Below are positions 28,189-37,158 of a DNA stretch of 64,000 nt, piece after piece (positions within the stretch are counted from its first letter, which is position 1; each line of letters opens with the position of its first letter). This DNA comes from Escherichia phage SR02, in sequence record OQ870566.1; one strand, written 5' to 3'. The position numbers and the translations under genes are program-made. The notes under the pieces were generated by a model, which was not told the DNA's origin, did no database searches, and saw only the letters and a program-made list of their open reading frames with translations.

Positions 28189-28454
28189 TGAAAGTAAAAA
28201 GAGCAAATGCTCCAATACCAAAAAAGGTCAGGATTGATCAAACGAAACCAGGTGAAGTTGTTCGATTTATTGATAGTGAAAAACTCTACCTTGTGAGTAA
28301 ACTGACCAATTTAGCATCTATCAGTGTTAACGATCCACTGATGCCACAACTCGTATACATAACCAATCTTGATACTGGTAATGTTATTGACCTACGACCA
28401 GATACTCAGGTTGTTAGAGTTAAAGCTGAATGTGAATACATTGAGGATGTATGA
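28185..28454 (+). CDS. small paralog-family protein (89 aa)
   Basis: KPGEVVRFID and NLDTGNVIDL motifs. Confidence 0.5.
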   Translation: MMKVKRANAPIPKKVRIDQTKPGEVVRFIDSEKLYLVSKLTNLASISVNDPLMPQLVYITNLDTGNVIDLRPDTQVVRVKAECEYIEDV

Positions 28455-28918
28455 TGATCAAGATTAACAAGAACGGATGGTTGCATAAGTTCAACAAAAC
28501 CATGTCAGGTTTACCCAACTCTCATTGGGATAATATGACTAACTTTTGCGAATACTTCTGGCGTACAGTGATGCACTTCATTGCACTGACGCTGCTGTTA
28601 GGGGTTGTATACGCTGCACTGTCCATGATTGGTGGCTCTTTCCTTGGACATGAGAATTTTTTGTCATTCAATTGGTGGACATGGTTCACTGCTCCTGCTC
28701 TTGGTGCCTTATCTTTGGCTGCTTTGGCTGGTGTAGTGTTTGGTGGTGGTTGGGCATTTTATGAACTTCGTGGAATATACCGTGACCACCGAACTAGCAC
28801 ATATGAAACTCGTGCTGAAAAGAAACGACGTAAGAAAGAGCGTCGTGATTCAAACTGGATTGTTGTGATGTATCGTAGCAAGAAAGAGAAATACTGTCCT
28901 TCAGTTAGGGTAGAGTAA
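28451..28918 (+). CDS. membrane protein (155 aa)
   Basis: Three hydrophobic helices; basic C-terminus. Confidence 0.5.
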   Translation: MMIKINKNGWLHKFNKTMSGLPNSHWDNMTNFCEYFWRTVMHFIALTLLLGVVYAALSMIGGSFLGHENFLSFNWWTWFTAPALGALSLAALAGVVFGGGWAFYELRGIYRDHRTSTYETRAEKKRRKKERRDSNWIVVMYRSKKEKYCPSVRVE

Positions 28919-29133
28919 TGATAACACTTGTGTCGATCGTTTATAGAATACACTATCGTCTAGACAAAGGTAAAACCTATAAGTGCAAGAGTAAGACAGG
29001 CAATAGATGCTCTGTAGAAAACAACTCTGGTCAATGGGTGGATGTACCTTGTTGTTGGTTCAGGAAAGATTTGACTAACAAAGAAATTGACGAAATCCTT
29101 AGTGATGATTTTGTAAAATCAGGTGATTTTTAG
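28918..29133 (+). CDS. hypothetical protein (71 aa)
   Basis: Overlap-coupled ORF. Confidence 0.4.
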   Translation: MITLVSIVYRIHYRLDKGKTYKCKSKTGNRCSVENNSGQWVDVPCCWFRKDLTNKEIDEILSDDFVKSGDF

Positions 29134-29368
29134 TTGTAGTAACGCCTATAGCCTTCTTCGGAGGGCTATGTGAGTTATTCTGACTCAACTAACCTAATCT
29201 TAATATATTTCCCGTATGGGGCCGATGCTAGGGCGAGGAATACTCCTCAAACATCCGTCGGATAGATATTTTAAGAGCAGGTTATCCACAGATATTGGGT
29301 AATATCTTTTTGGATTTAAAGCTTGACTCTTTTCGGAGAGTCCTTTTTTAAATTCAATGAGAGGAAAT

Positions 29369-29521
29369 ATGTCTAAATTAGATTTAAAACTGCTAGCAGC
29401 AGCGGTAGTGATTTGTGCACTAGCACTGGTAACGCAGAGAACATCTGGATTTATTCAGTGTTTCTTTTCTGGGCAATCCACTTATCAGTGGGTTATTGAC
29501 GAGTGTAAACAACAGGAGTAA
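29369..29521 (+). CDS. small hydrophobic protein (50 aa)
   Basis: GAGAGGAAA RBS; N-terminal hydrophobic helix. Confidence 0.3.
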   Translation: MSKLDLKLLAAAVVICALALVTQRTSGFIQCFFSGQSTYQWVIDECKQQE

Positions 29522-29523
29522 GT

Positions 29524-29886
29524 ATGAATACACGTCCCATCAAGGGCAACGTTAATATTGAAACTCTGAACAAGGTTGCATCAAACCTCGGTGGAATGTC
29601 CAACGATGAGCTTGAGCAAGAACTTGCTTGGATTGCAAATGGTATCAAAGTTGCTAAAGGTAAGATTACTCGTGAGCAAAGCAACATGAAAGCTCACAAG
29701 TATATCATCCGTCGTGCAAATGTGTTACCAGAGCGGGTTGTACATCTTGCCCGTAAAAACTATGCAGAAGCAAAGAAAGCTCTGGAAGAAGCTACTTTCC
29801 AGAAGCATCAATTTATGAACAACTATAGAAACTTCCGAGATATTCTTTATATCCGTAAGTCGATTGAGTTGATTAAAAACCAATAG
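29524..29886 (+). CDS. hypothetical protein (120 aa)
   Basis: ORF with RBS. Confidence 0.5.
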   Translation: MNTRPIKGNVNIETLNKVASNLGGMSNDELEQELAWIANGIKVAKGKITREQSNMKAHKYIIRRANVLPERVVHLARKNYAEAKKALEEATFQKHQFMNNYRNFRDILYIRKSIELIKNQ

Positions 29887-29897
29887 AGGTTGGTATA

Positions 29898-31097
29898 ATG
29901 TTTCCAGTAACATTAGAAGATACTGAAGGTAATGTTTTAACGGTCAACCCTCCTTGTTATGGGTTCCTTCAGCTTCGCAACTATAACGGTGGCGTTGATG
30001 AAGACGATGACGAATATGATGACTACTTCGACCCTAACATGTATGAGGCAACTCATGGGTGGAATATGCACGTTCGAGTGTGGCATGAAGAAGCTAACGT
30101 TCGTAGTGCTGATGGGGAAGAGTTCCTGTTAAGCCGAGAGATGGATATGTGTAAAATCAAGCATATCTGGAACTCTGGAACTCATATGAAGATGTTAGGT
30201 TTTAGACGTTGGCGTGATGAAAAGCATGTAGCTGAAGCTTTAAGTTGGTGTTCGTATGAAGATGAAGACACACCTCCCAAGAATAACATTGAACGTTGGA
30301 ACGACAAAAACCCTGAACATCGAACCACACCTCGTGCTGTACTGGAAGCTATGGAAGCATTTGTGGACAAAGGTCGTCCCTCCTGTTTACGCTGGCACGA
30401 TAAAGGTTTTATGGGGGTAGCAACTGAGAACATTCCTGCTGATCGTTGTCTGTTCTATTTAATGTTAGACCGAACCTTCTATTGTGAAGATGAAGAGAGT
30501 CAAGTTGAAACCTTCCTTCATAAATGGTTGGTTGAGGGCTGGACAATCCTTCAGGCTTATGTTTACTCACGAATGGTTAGCACTTACACTAACCTCTTAG
30601 GGGAAACGAAAGCAACTCTGGTTGGTAATGATTGGGATGCTTGTATTTTCCCAGCGTCACTGTTTACAGTCGGCATGGCTGATAAATACGCTGAAGCATT
30701 TCAAGTTCCTTGGCGTCAACAGTCATATAGAGATGGGTGTGGTCATTTCCGTGATGAAGATTTTAAGTGGATTCATTATGAGAATGATGAAACAGCAGAG
30801 TTACGAGTGAACAACTCAATGTTCTTGCCGGTTATGCACCCTGATCTAGTAAAAGATGAGTCAGAAATACTCAAAGGTGACAACCTTCTGGTTACCTTTG
30901 CTCGTCGGGTATCTAAAGATGAAAGAACAGCTGACAGATTAGTCTACGCTTATCGCGCTGAGACTAAAGATATGTTCAACATCTACAACATTATTCAGCG
31001 ATTTAGTAGTGGAACTCTGGACCAAAGTTCGGAGTATTCAGTGATTCCATCCTCTGAGTGGGATGGTATTATGAGCGGATTATTTTTAGGAAAATAA
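29898..31097 (+). CDS. hypothetical protein (399 aa), first gene of the amidoligase island
   Basis: Long ORF; acidic N-terminal segment; no recognised motif. Confidence 0.6.
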   Translation: MFPVTLEDTEGNVLTVNPPCYGFLQLRNYNGGVDEDDDEYDDYFDPNMYEATHGWNMHVRVWHEEANVRSADGEEFLLSREMDMCKIKHIWNSGTHMKMLGFRRWRDEKHVAEALSWCSYEDEDTPPKNNIERWNDKNPEHRTTPRAVLEAMEAFVDKGRPSCLRWHDKGFMGVATENIPADRCLFYLMLDRTFYCEDEESQVETFLHKWLVEGWTILQAYVYSRMVSTYTNLLGETKATLVGNDWDACIFPASLFTVGMADKYAEAFQVPWRQQSYRDGCGHFRDEDFKWIHYENDETAELRVNNSMFLPVMHPDLVKDESEILKGDNLLVTFARRVSKDERTADRLVYAYRAETKDMFNIYNIIQRFSSGTLDQSSEYSVIPSSEWDGIMSGLFLGK

Positions 31098-31107
31098 AAG
31101 GTTAGTT

Positions 31108-32079
31108 ATGTCAATCTCCACAACGATCGTACCTCTGAATCTTCAACAAGATTTAGGGGAACAGAAGTTCTTAGGTCGTGGGTGCTTCGGTATCCACAAC
31201 TACATGCAAGGCCAGTGTGTAAATGATATTAATGGTGAAGTTATAACTGAAGAGGGGCGTTATAGACGCTTCAACCGTGATATCAACTTGCAATTGGAGA
31301 TGTTGAATTACTGGACTCACTCTTTTCACGGTCATATTGCATCTGATATTGAAAAGAACTTGGTTGAAACAGCAGACATTATGAACTCTATGTCTTGCTA
31401 TCGTGATGTATTTACGATCACTTCAGCGAATAGTGTTGCTGTCAACCTTCGTGAGCATCCAGCAGATCAGATCTTCACAGGACTTATGCTCTTCCGTAGT
31501 ATTCTGGAAGGGCAATATCGTGGAATGGATTTCCTAGCAGAAGGAATTGAAGACAGGGAAGAGTGGCTGAAGCGTAAACGCATCGGCATCGCTCTAGTGT
31601 TAGCTGGGTTGGGTCGTGACTTCTTCGGTGGATGGTCTCAACGAGGAAGAGCCAATGGGAGTAGTGAGAGCACCTCTATTGTTATTAACAACAATATGTC
31701 AGCAGCAGCATTCCTTCCTTTGGTTGTAGACTCTGATGAATACACGAAGCAAGTGTGGGTTCAAAACCCCTTCGGTGTTGGCGACAACGAGAATGGTTAT
31801 GTTCGTAACCATAACCAAGATGCCTTACGAAGATTTGCTCGTGCTAAAGATCAAGACCCGGACGAGTATGAAACAATGTCAGAGTGGTTAAGACTCTGGT
31901 CCAACTGTTATGGTCACAAACGTGAAGCAATAGACGACAAGTTGGGAAACATTACAGTACAAAACTTTACAGCCCGACTAATTCAGCGTACTGGTCCAAG
32001 CTCTGGCCTTACTACTGAAGAAGTTGGTAACACAATCTCATCTCTCTTTTCTGAACTAGTGGAGTATTACAATGACTAA
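31108..32079 (+). CDS. hypothetical protein (323 aa)
   Basis: Long ORF in the island; no recognised motif. Confidence 0.6.
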   Translation: MSISTTIVPLNLQQDLGEQKFLGRGCFGIHNYMQGQCVNDINGEVITEEGRYRRFNRDINLQLEMLNYWTHSFHGHIASDIEKNLVETADIMNSMSCYRDVFTITSANSVAVNLREHPADQIFTGLMLFRSILEGQYRGMDFLAEGIEDREEWLKRKRIGIALVLAGLGRDFFGGWSQRGRANGSSESTSIVINNNMSAAAFLPLVVDSDEYTKQVWVQNPFGVGDNENGYVRNHNQDALRRFARAKDQDPDEYETMSEWLRLWSNCYGHKREAIDDKLGNITVQNFTARLIQRTGPSSGLTTEEVGNTISSLFSELVEYYND

Positions 32080-32878
32080 GCGCAAATTCCTTATCGGCTC
32101 TGACCCTGAAATGTTTGTTCGTACCAGCAATGGTATTATCACCTCTGTGGCTGGTCTGTTAGGCTGTTCTAAGGACGATAAGATCACTCTGGCTAAGGAT
32201 GTTCGTCTTCAAGAGGACAACGTACTGGCTGAGTTTGATATTGACCCACAGAGCGGCTTTGAGGCGTTTAACGATAACATGCAACGTGGTATCGATCTCA
32301 CCAACAATGTCCTGAACAAACTGGACATGGAAACAGCTCCGGGTGTTAGCTCTCACATCTTCACTGAAGAAGAGATGAAGACTTTCAACGAATCAGCGTT
32401 CATCTTCGGGTGTACTCCTGATTTCAACGCTTTCACTGGTCAGAAGAATCCATCCCCGACTTCTCAGAATAAAGGGCTTCGTACTGCCGGTGGTCACGTA
32501 CATCTCGGCGTAGTTGGTGCTTTGGATATTACTTTGCAAACTCAGATGATGCTGGGTGTGCTGTGTGACTACTTCCTGTCCCTCCCAGCAGTTATTATGG
32601 ATAAAGATACTCGCCGTAAAGAACTGTACGGCAAAGCTTCTGCAATCCGTTATAAAGACTATGGTATTGAATACCGTTCACTGTCTAACTTCTGGATTAG
32701 TGATCGTGAAAACCGTAAGTTTGTTTACGATCAGGTTGACAAGGTTGTTCAGCAGTGTGATATGTCCACTCTGATGGCATTGCACTCTCGCCTTCCGATT
32801 GAGAAGCTTCATGAAATCATTAACGGCAACAACGTTAAAGAAGCGGACCAGCAGATCAAACTCCTTCAGGTAGCATAA
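32072..32878 (+). CDS. putative carboxylate-amine ligase (amidoligase-like paralog)
   Basis: GSDPE...RTAGGHVHLGV...EYRSL motif set resembling the HVH box and acidic metal ligands of the glutamine-synthetase-like fold; tentative. Confidence 0.4.
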   Translation: MTKRKFLIGSDPEMFVRTSNGIITSVAGLLGCSKDDKITLAKDVRLQEDNVLAEFDIDPQSGFEAFNDNMQRGIDLTNNVLNKLDMETAPGVSSHIFTEEEMKTFNESAFIFGCTPDFNAFTGQKNPSPTSQNKGLRTAGGHVHLGVVGALDITLQTQMMLGVLCDYFLSLPAVIMDKDTRRKELYGKASAIRYKDYGIEYRSLSNFWISDRENRKFVYDQVDKVVQQCDMSTLMALHSRLPIEKLHEIINGNNVKEADQQIKLLQVA

Positions 32879-32887
32879 GAGGTTATC

Positions 32888-33505
32888 GTGAGCTTAGTAG
32901 CTGATTTTTCTCATTACTATAATGGTACATGGATTGCTAAACGAGCAGGTAATATCAACCTTCCATGTTTTGTGATTGGTGTTGAGCAGAGCGGTAACTT
33001 CCGCAGCGATGACTTCTCTCACGAAGCAGAGCAGGCTCTGTATTTTGTTGTAGAGCAGTGGTACAAGAATGAGCAAGGGAATCTTCGAAACACTACGATG
33101 AATATTCCAGTGTTCGACCCAACCTTGATTCTTGAATCACCTGATGTTGGTTATCTGTTCCATAACGGTAACACTGTAAGCTGGACTCATATTAACCCTG
33201 TTCGTCAGAGAGCAAAGGGTTTGATGGGTAATAAGATTCGAAATGCTCCGGGTGTTGGTCGTGCCATCTCCGGGGAGATGGTTTACAGCCTGTTCAATCC
33301 TGAATTCGAGGGATTGGTTACTCGTTATATTTACATCAACCCTACTGATGGTAAGGTGCATTATAAAGGTGCACTGGTAGGACAAGTAGATCTGGAAGCA
33401 CCTCGTGACTCTTACGGTCAGCAATCAATGCGACTTCTGGAACACTTTCATCACATTTCTGAAAACCTTAGCAATTACAATATTACGTTGGTGGATTCGT
33501 TATGA
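32888..33505 (+). CDS. hypothetical protein (205 aa)
   Basis: GTG start, overlap-coupled. Confidence 0.5.
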   Translation: MSLVADFSHYYNGTWIAKRAGNINLPCFVIGVEQSGNFRSDDFSHEAEQALYFVVEQWYKNEQGNLRNTTMNIPVFDPTLILESPDVGYLFHNGNTVSWTHINPVRQRAKGLMGNKIRNAPGVGRAISGEMVYSLFNPEFEGLVTRYIYINPTDGKVHYKGALVGQVDLEAPRDSYGQQSMRLLEHFHHISENLSNYNITLVDSL

Positions 33506-34605
33506 CAACTGTAGCGCAAACTTTTGGATATCGAGAAGGTCGTTTAACTGAGGCGCATAGTTCAATTGCACTTCAGTGCGGTGTCGGTATTGAACTTGAA
33601 CTCGAAGGTTCCGATCATATCGAAGCAGATATGTGGGATTGTACAGAGGATGGTTCCCTGCGTAATGGTTGTGAAATGGTATGTTCACGACCTTACAACG
33701 GACAGGAGTTGTTAGACGCTATCAACAACCTGAGTGAAGCAGTAGCTGAATCGCACGCCGAGGGGACTTGGCGTTGCTCTACTCACGTTCATATGGATAT
33801 GAGGGATGCTGATAGTAATATCCTCAAGAAAACCATTCTCGCTTGGACCTTCTATGAAAAGATGTTGTTCAAGTGTTCAGGCTATCATCGTTACCGTAGC
33901 AACTTCTGCCCTGCGTTTGCAGTGGTACAAGCACAGGTAATGAATGCCTCTGACGCATTTAACTACGACGATGAAGAGTTCTTCAACCGTCTGGTTCGTT
34001 CATGGGATAAGTATACATCCCTGAACCTTCTGCCACTTGCCCAATACGGTTCGATTGAATTCCGTATCAGTGAGCCTAAGTGGAAACGTGGTCAACTTCT
34101 CAATCTGGTTAACCGCTTCTTGATGTTGAAGAAGCTGGCTTTAGATAACGCAGAGATGAGCAATGATCAGTTTATTGAGCATTTAAATACTGTACGATTT
34201 GCCCCAATGCTTCCTTACCTTCCTCTGGATTACAATCTGGACGAATCGGATTTGCATTCAGGGTATTGTATGGCCCGTGATGTTTTGTATTGCCGTTCTC
34301 ATGGAGTAGAGCAGTCTGGTCGTATTCGTTTACGTCGAACCAACTCCAACGGAGAAGTTCTTGTTGACTTACGTCTTATCTCAGACTTCTACGGATTCCT
34401 TGGATATGTACGAGGGAACGCTAACAACTTGTACCAAGAGATTCTGGTTATGCTTCGTACAACTGACCTATCTACTGTACGATCTGCACCAGAGCAACGT
34501 ATCCGTGCTATTTTTGACTTACTGCGTGAGTCAGGTCACAGTGATAGCAATATCACAGGGTACATTCCAGATCATCTGGAAAATCAGTTAGAGCAAGCGC
34601 TGTAA
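33502..34605 (+). CDS. amidoligase (Amidoligase_2-like carboxylate-amine ligase)
   Basis: GVGIELELEG...CSTHVHMDMRD...FRISEP motifs; genomic context with GAT-like and AIG2-like genes matches the family's known neighbourhoods. Confidence 0.6.
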   Translation: MTTVAQTFGYREGRLTEAHSSIALQCGVGIELELEGSDHIEADMWDCTEDGSLRNGCEMVCSRPYNGQELLDAINNLSEAVAESHAEGTWRCSTHVHMDMRDADSNILKKTILAWTFYEKMLFKCSGYHRYRSNFCPAFAVVQAQVMNASDAFNYDDEEFFNRLVRSWDKYTSLNLLPLAQYGSIEFRISEPKWKRGQLLNLVNRFLMLKKLALDNAEMSNDQFIEHLNTVRFAPMLPYLPLDYNLDESDLHSGYCMARDVLYCRSHGVEQSGRIRLRRTNSNGEVLVDLRLISDFYGFLGYVRGNANNLYQEILVMLRTTDLSTVRSAPEQRIRAIFDLLRESGHSDSNITGYIPDHLENQLEQAL

Positions 34606-34684
34606 TCAATGGGTGCCTCTGATAAAGGGGCACAATTTAAAGGTTAATTAGATGAAAGGGTTTACCCTTCAGGTGGATTAGAAA

Positions 34685-36715
34685 ATTTGTGGCATCGTAT
34701 TAGCTGGCGGTAATCTGTCAAGCACTGATTTAGATGTATTCAACCAACTCTTTTATGCTGGAGTGTTCCGAGGACAACATTCCTCTGGTATCTTTGGTCA
34801 GCGTAAGAGCACTAAGGAAGTCTTCACCTATAAAGAAGCCCTTCCTTCTTTCGCATTCATCCTTCAAGATGAGTACAAGAAGCACACCACTGGTGAAACA
34901 GCTTACACTGTAGCACCTTCATGGATTGTTGGTCATAGCCGTCATGCAACGAAAGGTGCAGTTAACGCCAAGAACGCCCATCCTTTCCAACATGGTAACA
35001 TCACTCTGGTTCATAACGGAACCTTGATGGACCAAGATCTGTTACCTGACAGCAAAAACTTCGAGGTAGACAGTGAGAACATCTGCCACTCTATTAACAC
35101 TATTGGTGCAGCAGAGACTATTCAAAAGCTGGATGGTGCTTTCACCTTAATCTGGCATGATGCTTCTGACAACCGTCTTCATATCATCCGTAACGAAGAG
35201 CGTCCATTCCATCTCGCACGTTGTAACAGAGATTGGTTTGGTGCTTCTGAAGAAGACATGTTGATGTGGATTCTGAAGCGTTCTAAGTCTCACAAGAACC
35301 GTATTGATGAGCACTTTGAATGTAAAGTTGGTACAGAGTATATCTTTGACATGTCAAACAACAGTATGACTCTAGTTGAAGAGGTCGCCCACGAGCTTCC
35401 GGTTTTTACGGTAATCAATCGTTGGGGCAATTACTACTCGAACAACTACAGCCAAAGCAATTATCAAAGTTCCTCAAAAAGCAGTACAAGCAATCCTTAC
35501 GACACGAAGCCGGGAGTGACAGCGGCAGACGTTCGTCGAAGAAACGCAGTGGTAAGTCAAAACAAAATCGCAAGCGATCGAAACATTGATATTCGCCGCG
35601 ATATGACTGTGGAAATCACACCACATGAGTTTATTCCTTATGCAACTGCTGGTGCTGTTCCTTCTCGTGGTAAGATGATCGGTTATATCTACGATGAGAA
35701 GTCTCAAGAGTATATCGAAGGTGATGTTCATAACGTAGACATTAAGGCTTATCAGGATGCCCTGAAAGACCCTAAAATTGTTTACCGTGGGACAGTATCC
35801 TGTATCTCCGAAGTTAATGCTATGGTTCGTTTAGTGATCACAGCAGGTCGTTTTGTTGACCCATCTCTGGAGAAAAAGGAGCCTGAGTCTACTACTGCTG
35901 ACTTTGATGATGATATCCCTTTTGATATGAATGATAGTTTCGTCAATAAGAATGGCGTTACTATCACTCGTAAATTCTGGGAAGCACACTCTCATGGCGA
36001 TTGCGGTGGTTGTGACAAACACATTGATTGGAAGGATGCACCTAAAGCAGTCTTCGCATATCAGTGCTATTGGCACCCTGAATGTCTGGAAGGTTTGACT
36101 AAACCTAAAGATGAAGAAGAGGAGGAAACTCCTATTGGTGTTTGTGAAATCTGCGGTGAAGTTAAAACAGAGAACGAGTTCGATGATGAACTTAGTCGTC
36201 TTCGTGGTGAAGATATCTGTAAAGTCTGCGCTGTAGATGTAAAGAAGAAAGTATCTAATGCTACAATCAAAGATGGTTATGTCTGGATTAAAGCAACAGA
36301 TACAACAAACGCCCGTCGTCCTGAATTTGCTTTACGTGTAACTGAAGATATGATTGGTCGTATGACTGTATTACCTTCCTCAGCGAAACAGACAGGCATC
36401 ACTCTGGAGGATGTTGTTGACGCTTATGTTGAGAAACGTAGCAACAGTATTTTTGCAATCTCAACTAAGCCAAAAAAGGAGGAACCTGCTGAGAAAGCAG
36501 GTGTGTTTCCTGAATCACGAACAGCTCTCCGCAAAACTGTTGTCAGCTTCGACGGAAACCGAAGCACTGACTTCACCAAAGCCATGTGGTCAACCCTCGG
36601 CTACTGCTCAGAGTGTTTTAAGCAGATTCCGTGGCGCGATGCTGAAAGTTGTACGCTTGGTTCTATGAATCAAGTTTATTGTAATTCTCCTAAATGTTCA
36701 TTGAATAGAGGTTAA
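34685..36715 (+). CDS. class II (Ntn-type) glutamine amidotransferase with C-terminal Cys-cluster domain; predicted AUU start
   Basis: Translation from 34685 gives (M)CGIVGLAG...GHSRHATKG...HNGTL...DSE; no in-frame ATG/GTG/TTG between the upstream stop and the catalytic Cys codon; AGGTGG 8 nt upstream of ATT. Confidence 0.7.
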   Translation: MCGIVLAGGNLSSTDLDVFNQLFYAGVFRGQHSSGIFGQRKSTKEVFTYKEALPSFAFILQDEYKKHTTGETAYTVAPSWIVGHSRHATKGAVNAKNAHPFQHGNITLVHNGTLMDQDLLPDSKNFEVDSENICHSINTIGAAETIQKLDGAFTLIWHDASDNRLHIIRNEERPFHLARCNRDWFGASEEDMLMWILKRSKSHKNRIDEHFECKVGTEYIFDMSNNSMTLVEEVAHELPVFTVINRWGNYYSNNYSQSNYQSSSKSSTSNPYDTKPGVTAADVRRRNAVVSQNKIASDRNIDIRRDMTVEITPHEFIPYATAGAVPSRGKMIGYIYDEKSQEYIEGDVHNVDIKAYQDALKDPKIVYRGTVSCISEVNAMVRLVITAGRFVDPSLEKKEPESTTADFDDDIPFDMNDSFVNKNGVTITRKFWEAHSHGDCGGCDKHIDWKDAPKAVFAYQCYWHPECLEGLTKPKDEEEEETPIGVCEICGEVKTENEFDDELSRLRGEDICKVCAVDVKKKVSNATIKDGYVWIKATDTTNARRPEFALRVTEDMIGRMTVLPSSAKQTGITLEDVVDAYVEKRSNSIFAISTKPKKEEPAEKAGVFPESRTALRKTVVSFDGNRSTDFTKAMWSTLGYCSECFKQIPWRDAESCTLGSMNQVYCNSPKCSLNRG

Positions 36716-36717
36716 GT

Positions 36718-36951
36718 ATGGAAATTCGTAAGATGATGCTGGATAACGTTGTAACTACTCGACGTATCCCGATGACGAGCACAGGATGTGATAACCTTCG
36801 TGCAATCCAGAAGTGGATGCAAGCTGGTATTGGTCAAGTACTTGAGACACAGGTTGAGGTTCCTTTCCCAACGGTGATCAATAACGTACTTGCTGATTAT
36901 GTAAAAATCAAAGGCATTAAGGTAGAACCTCATGTCAAATCTGGTTCCTAA
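36718..36951 (+). CDS. hypothetical protein (77 aa)
   Basis: ORF in island. Confidence 0.4.
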   Translation: MEIRKMMLDNVVTTRRIPMTSTGCDNLRAIQKWMQAGIGQVLETQVEVPFPTVINNVLADYVKIKGIKVEPHVKSGS

Positions 36952-37156
36952 GAAACCGAAGATCACTCTCCTACAATATTACATAGGAGTTCATATCGAA
37001 TTAGTAACGGAGCAGCGAAAGCTGTATCCGTTCGCTTTCGGTCTGATTGATGCACCATCCGATGAAGTAGAGAACGACGCGTTCAACGACTACTTCGAAA
37101 TTGAAGCTCAGATTCAAAAAACTCGTAACGAAATTCTTAAACTTAAAGGTATCTAA
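36932..37156 (+). CDS. hypothetical protein (74 aa)
   Basis: ORF in island. Confidence 0.4.
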   Translation: MSNLVPKKPKITLLQYYIGVHIELVTEQRKLYPFAFGLIDAPSDEVENDAFNDYFEIEAQIQKTRNEILKLKGI

Positions 37157-37158
37157 CA

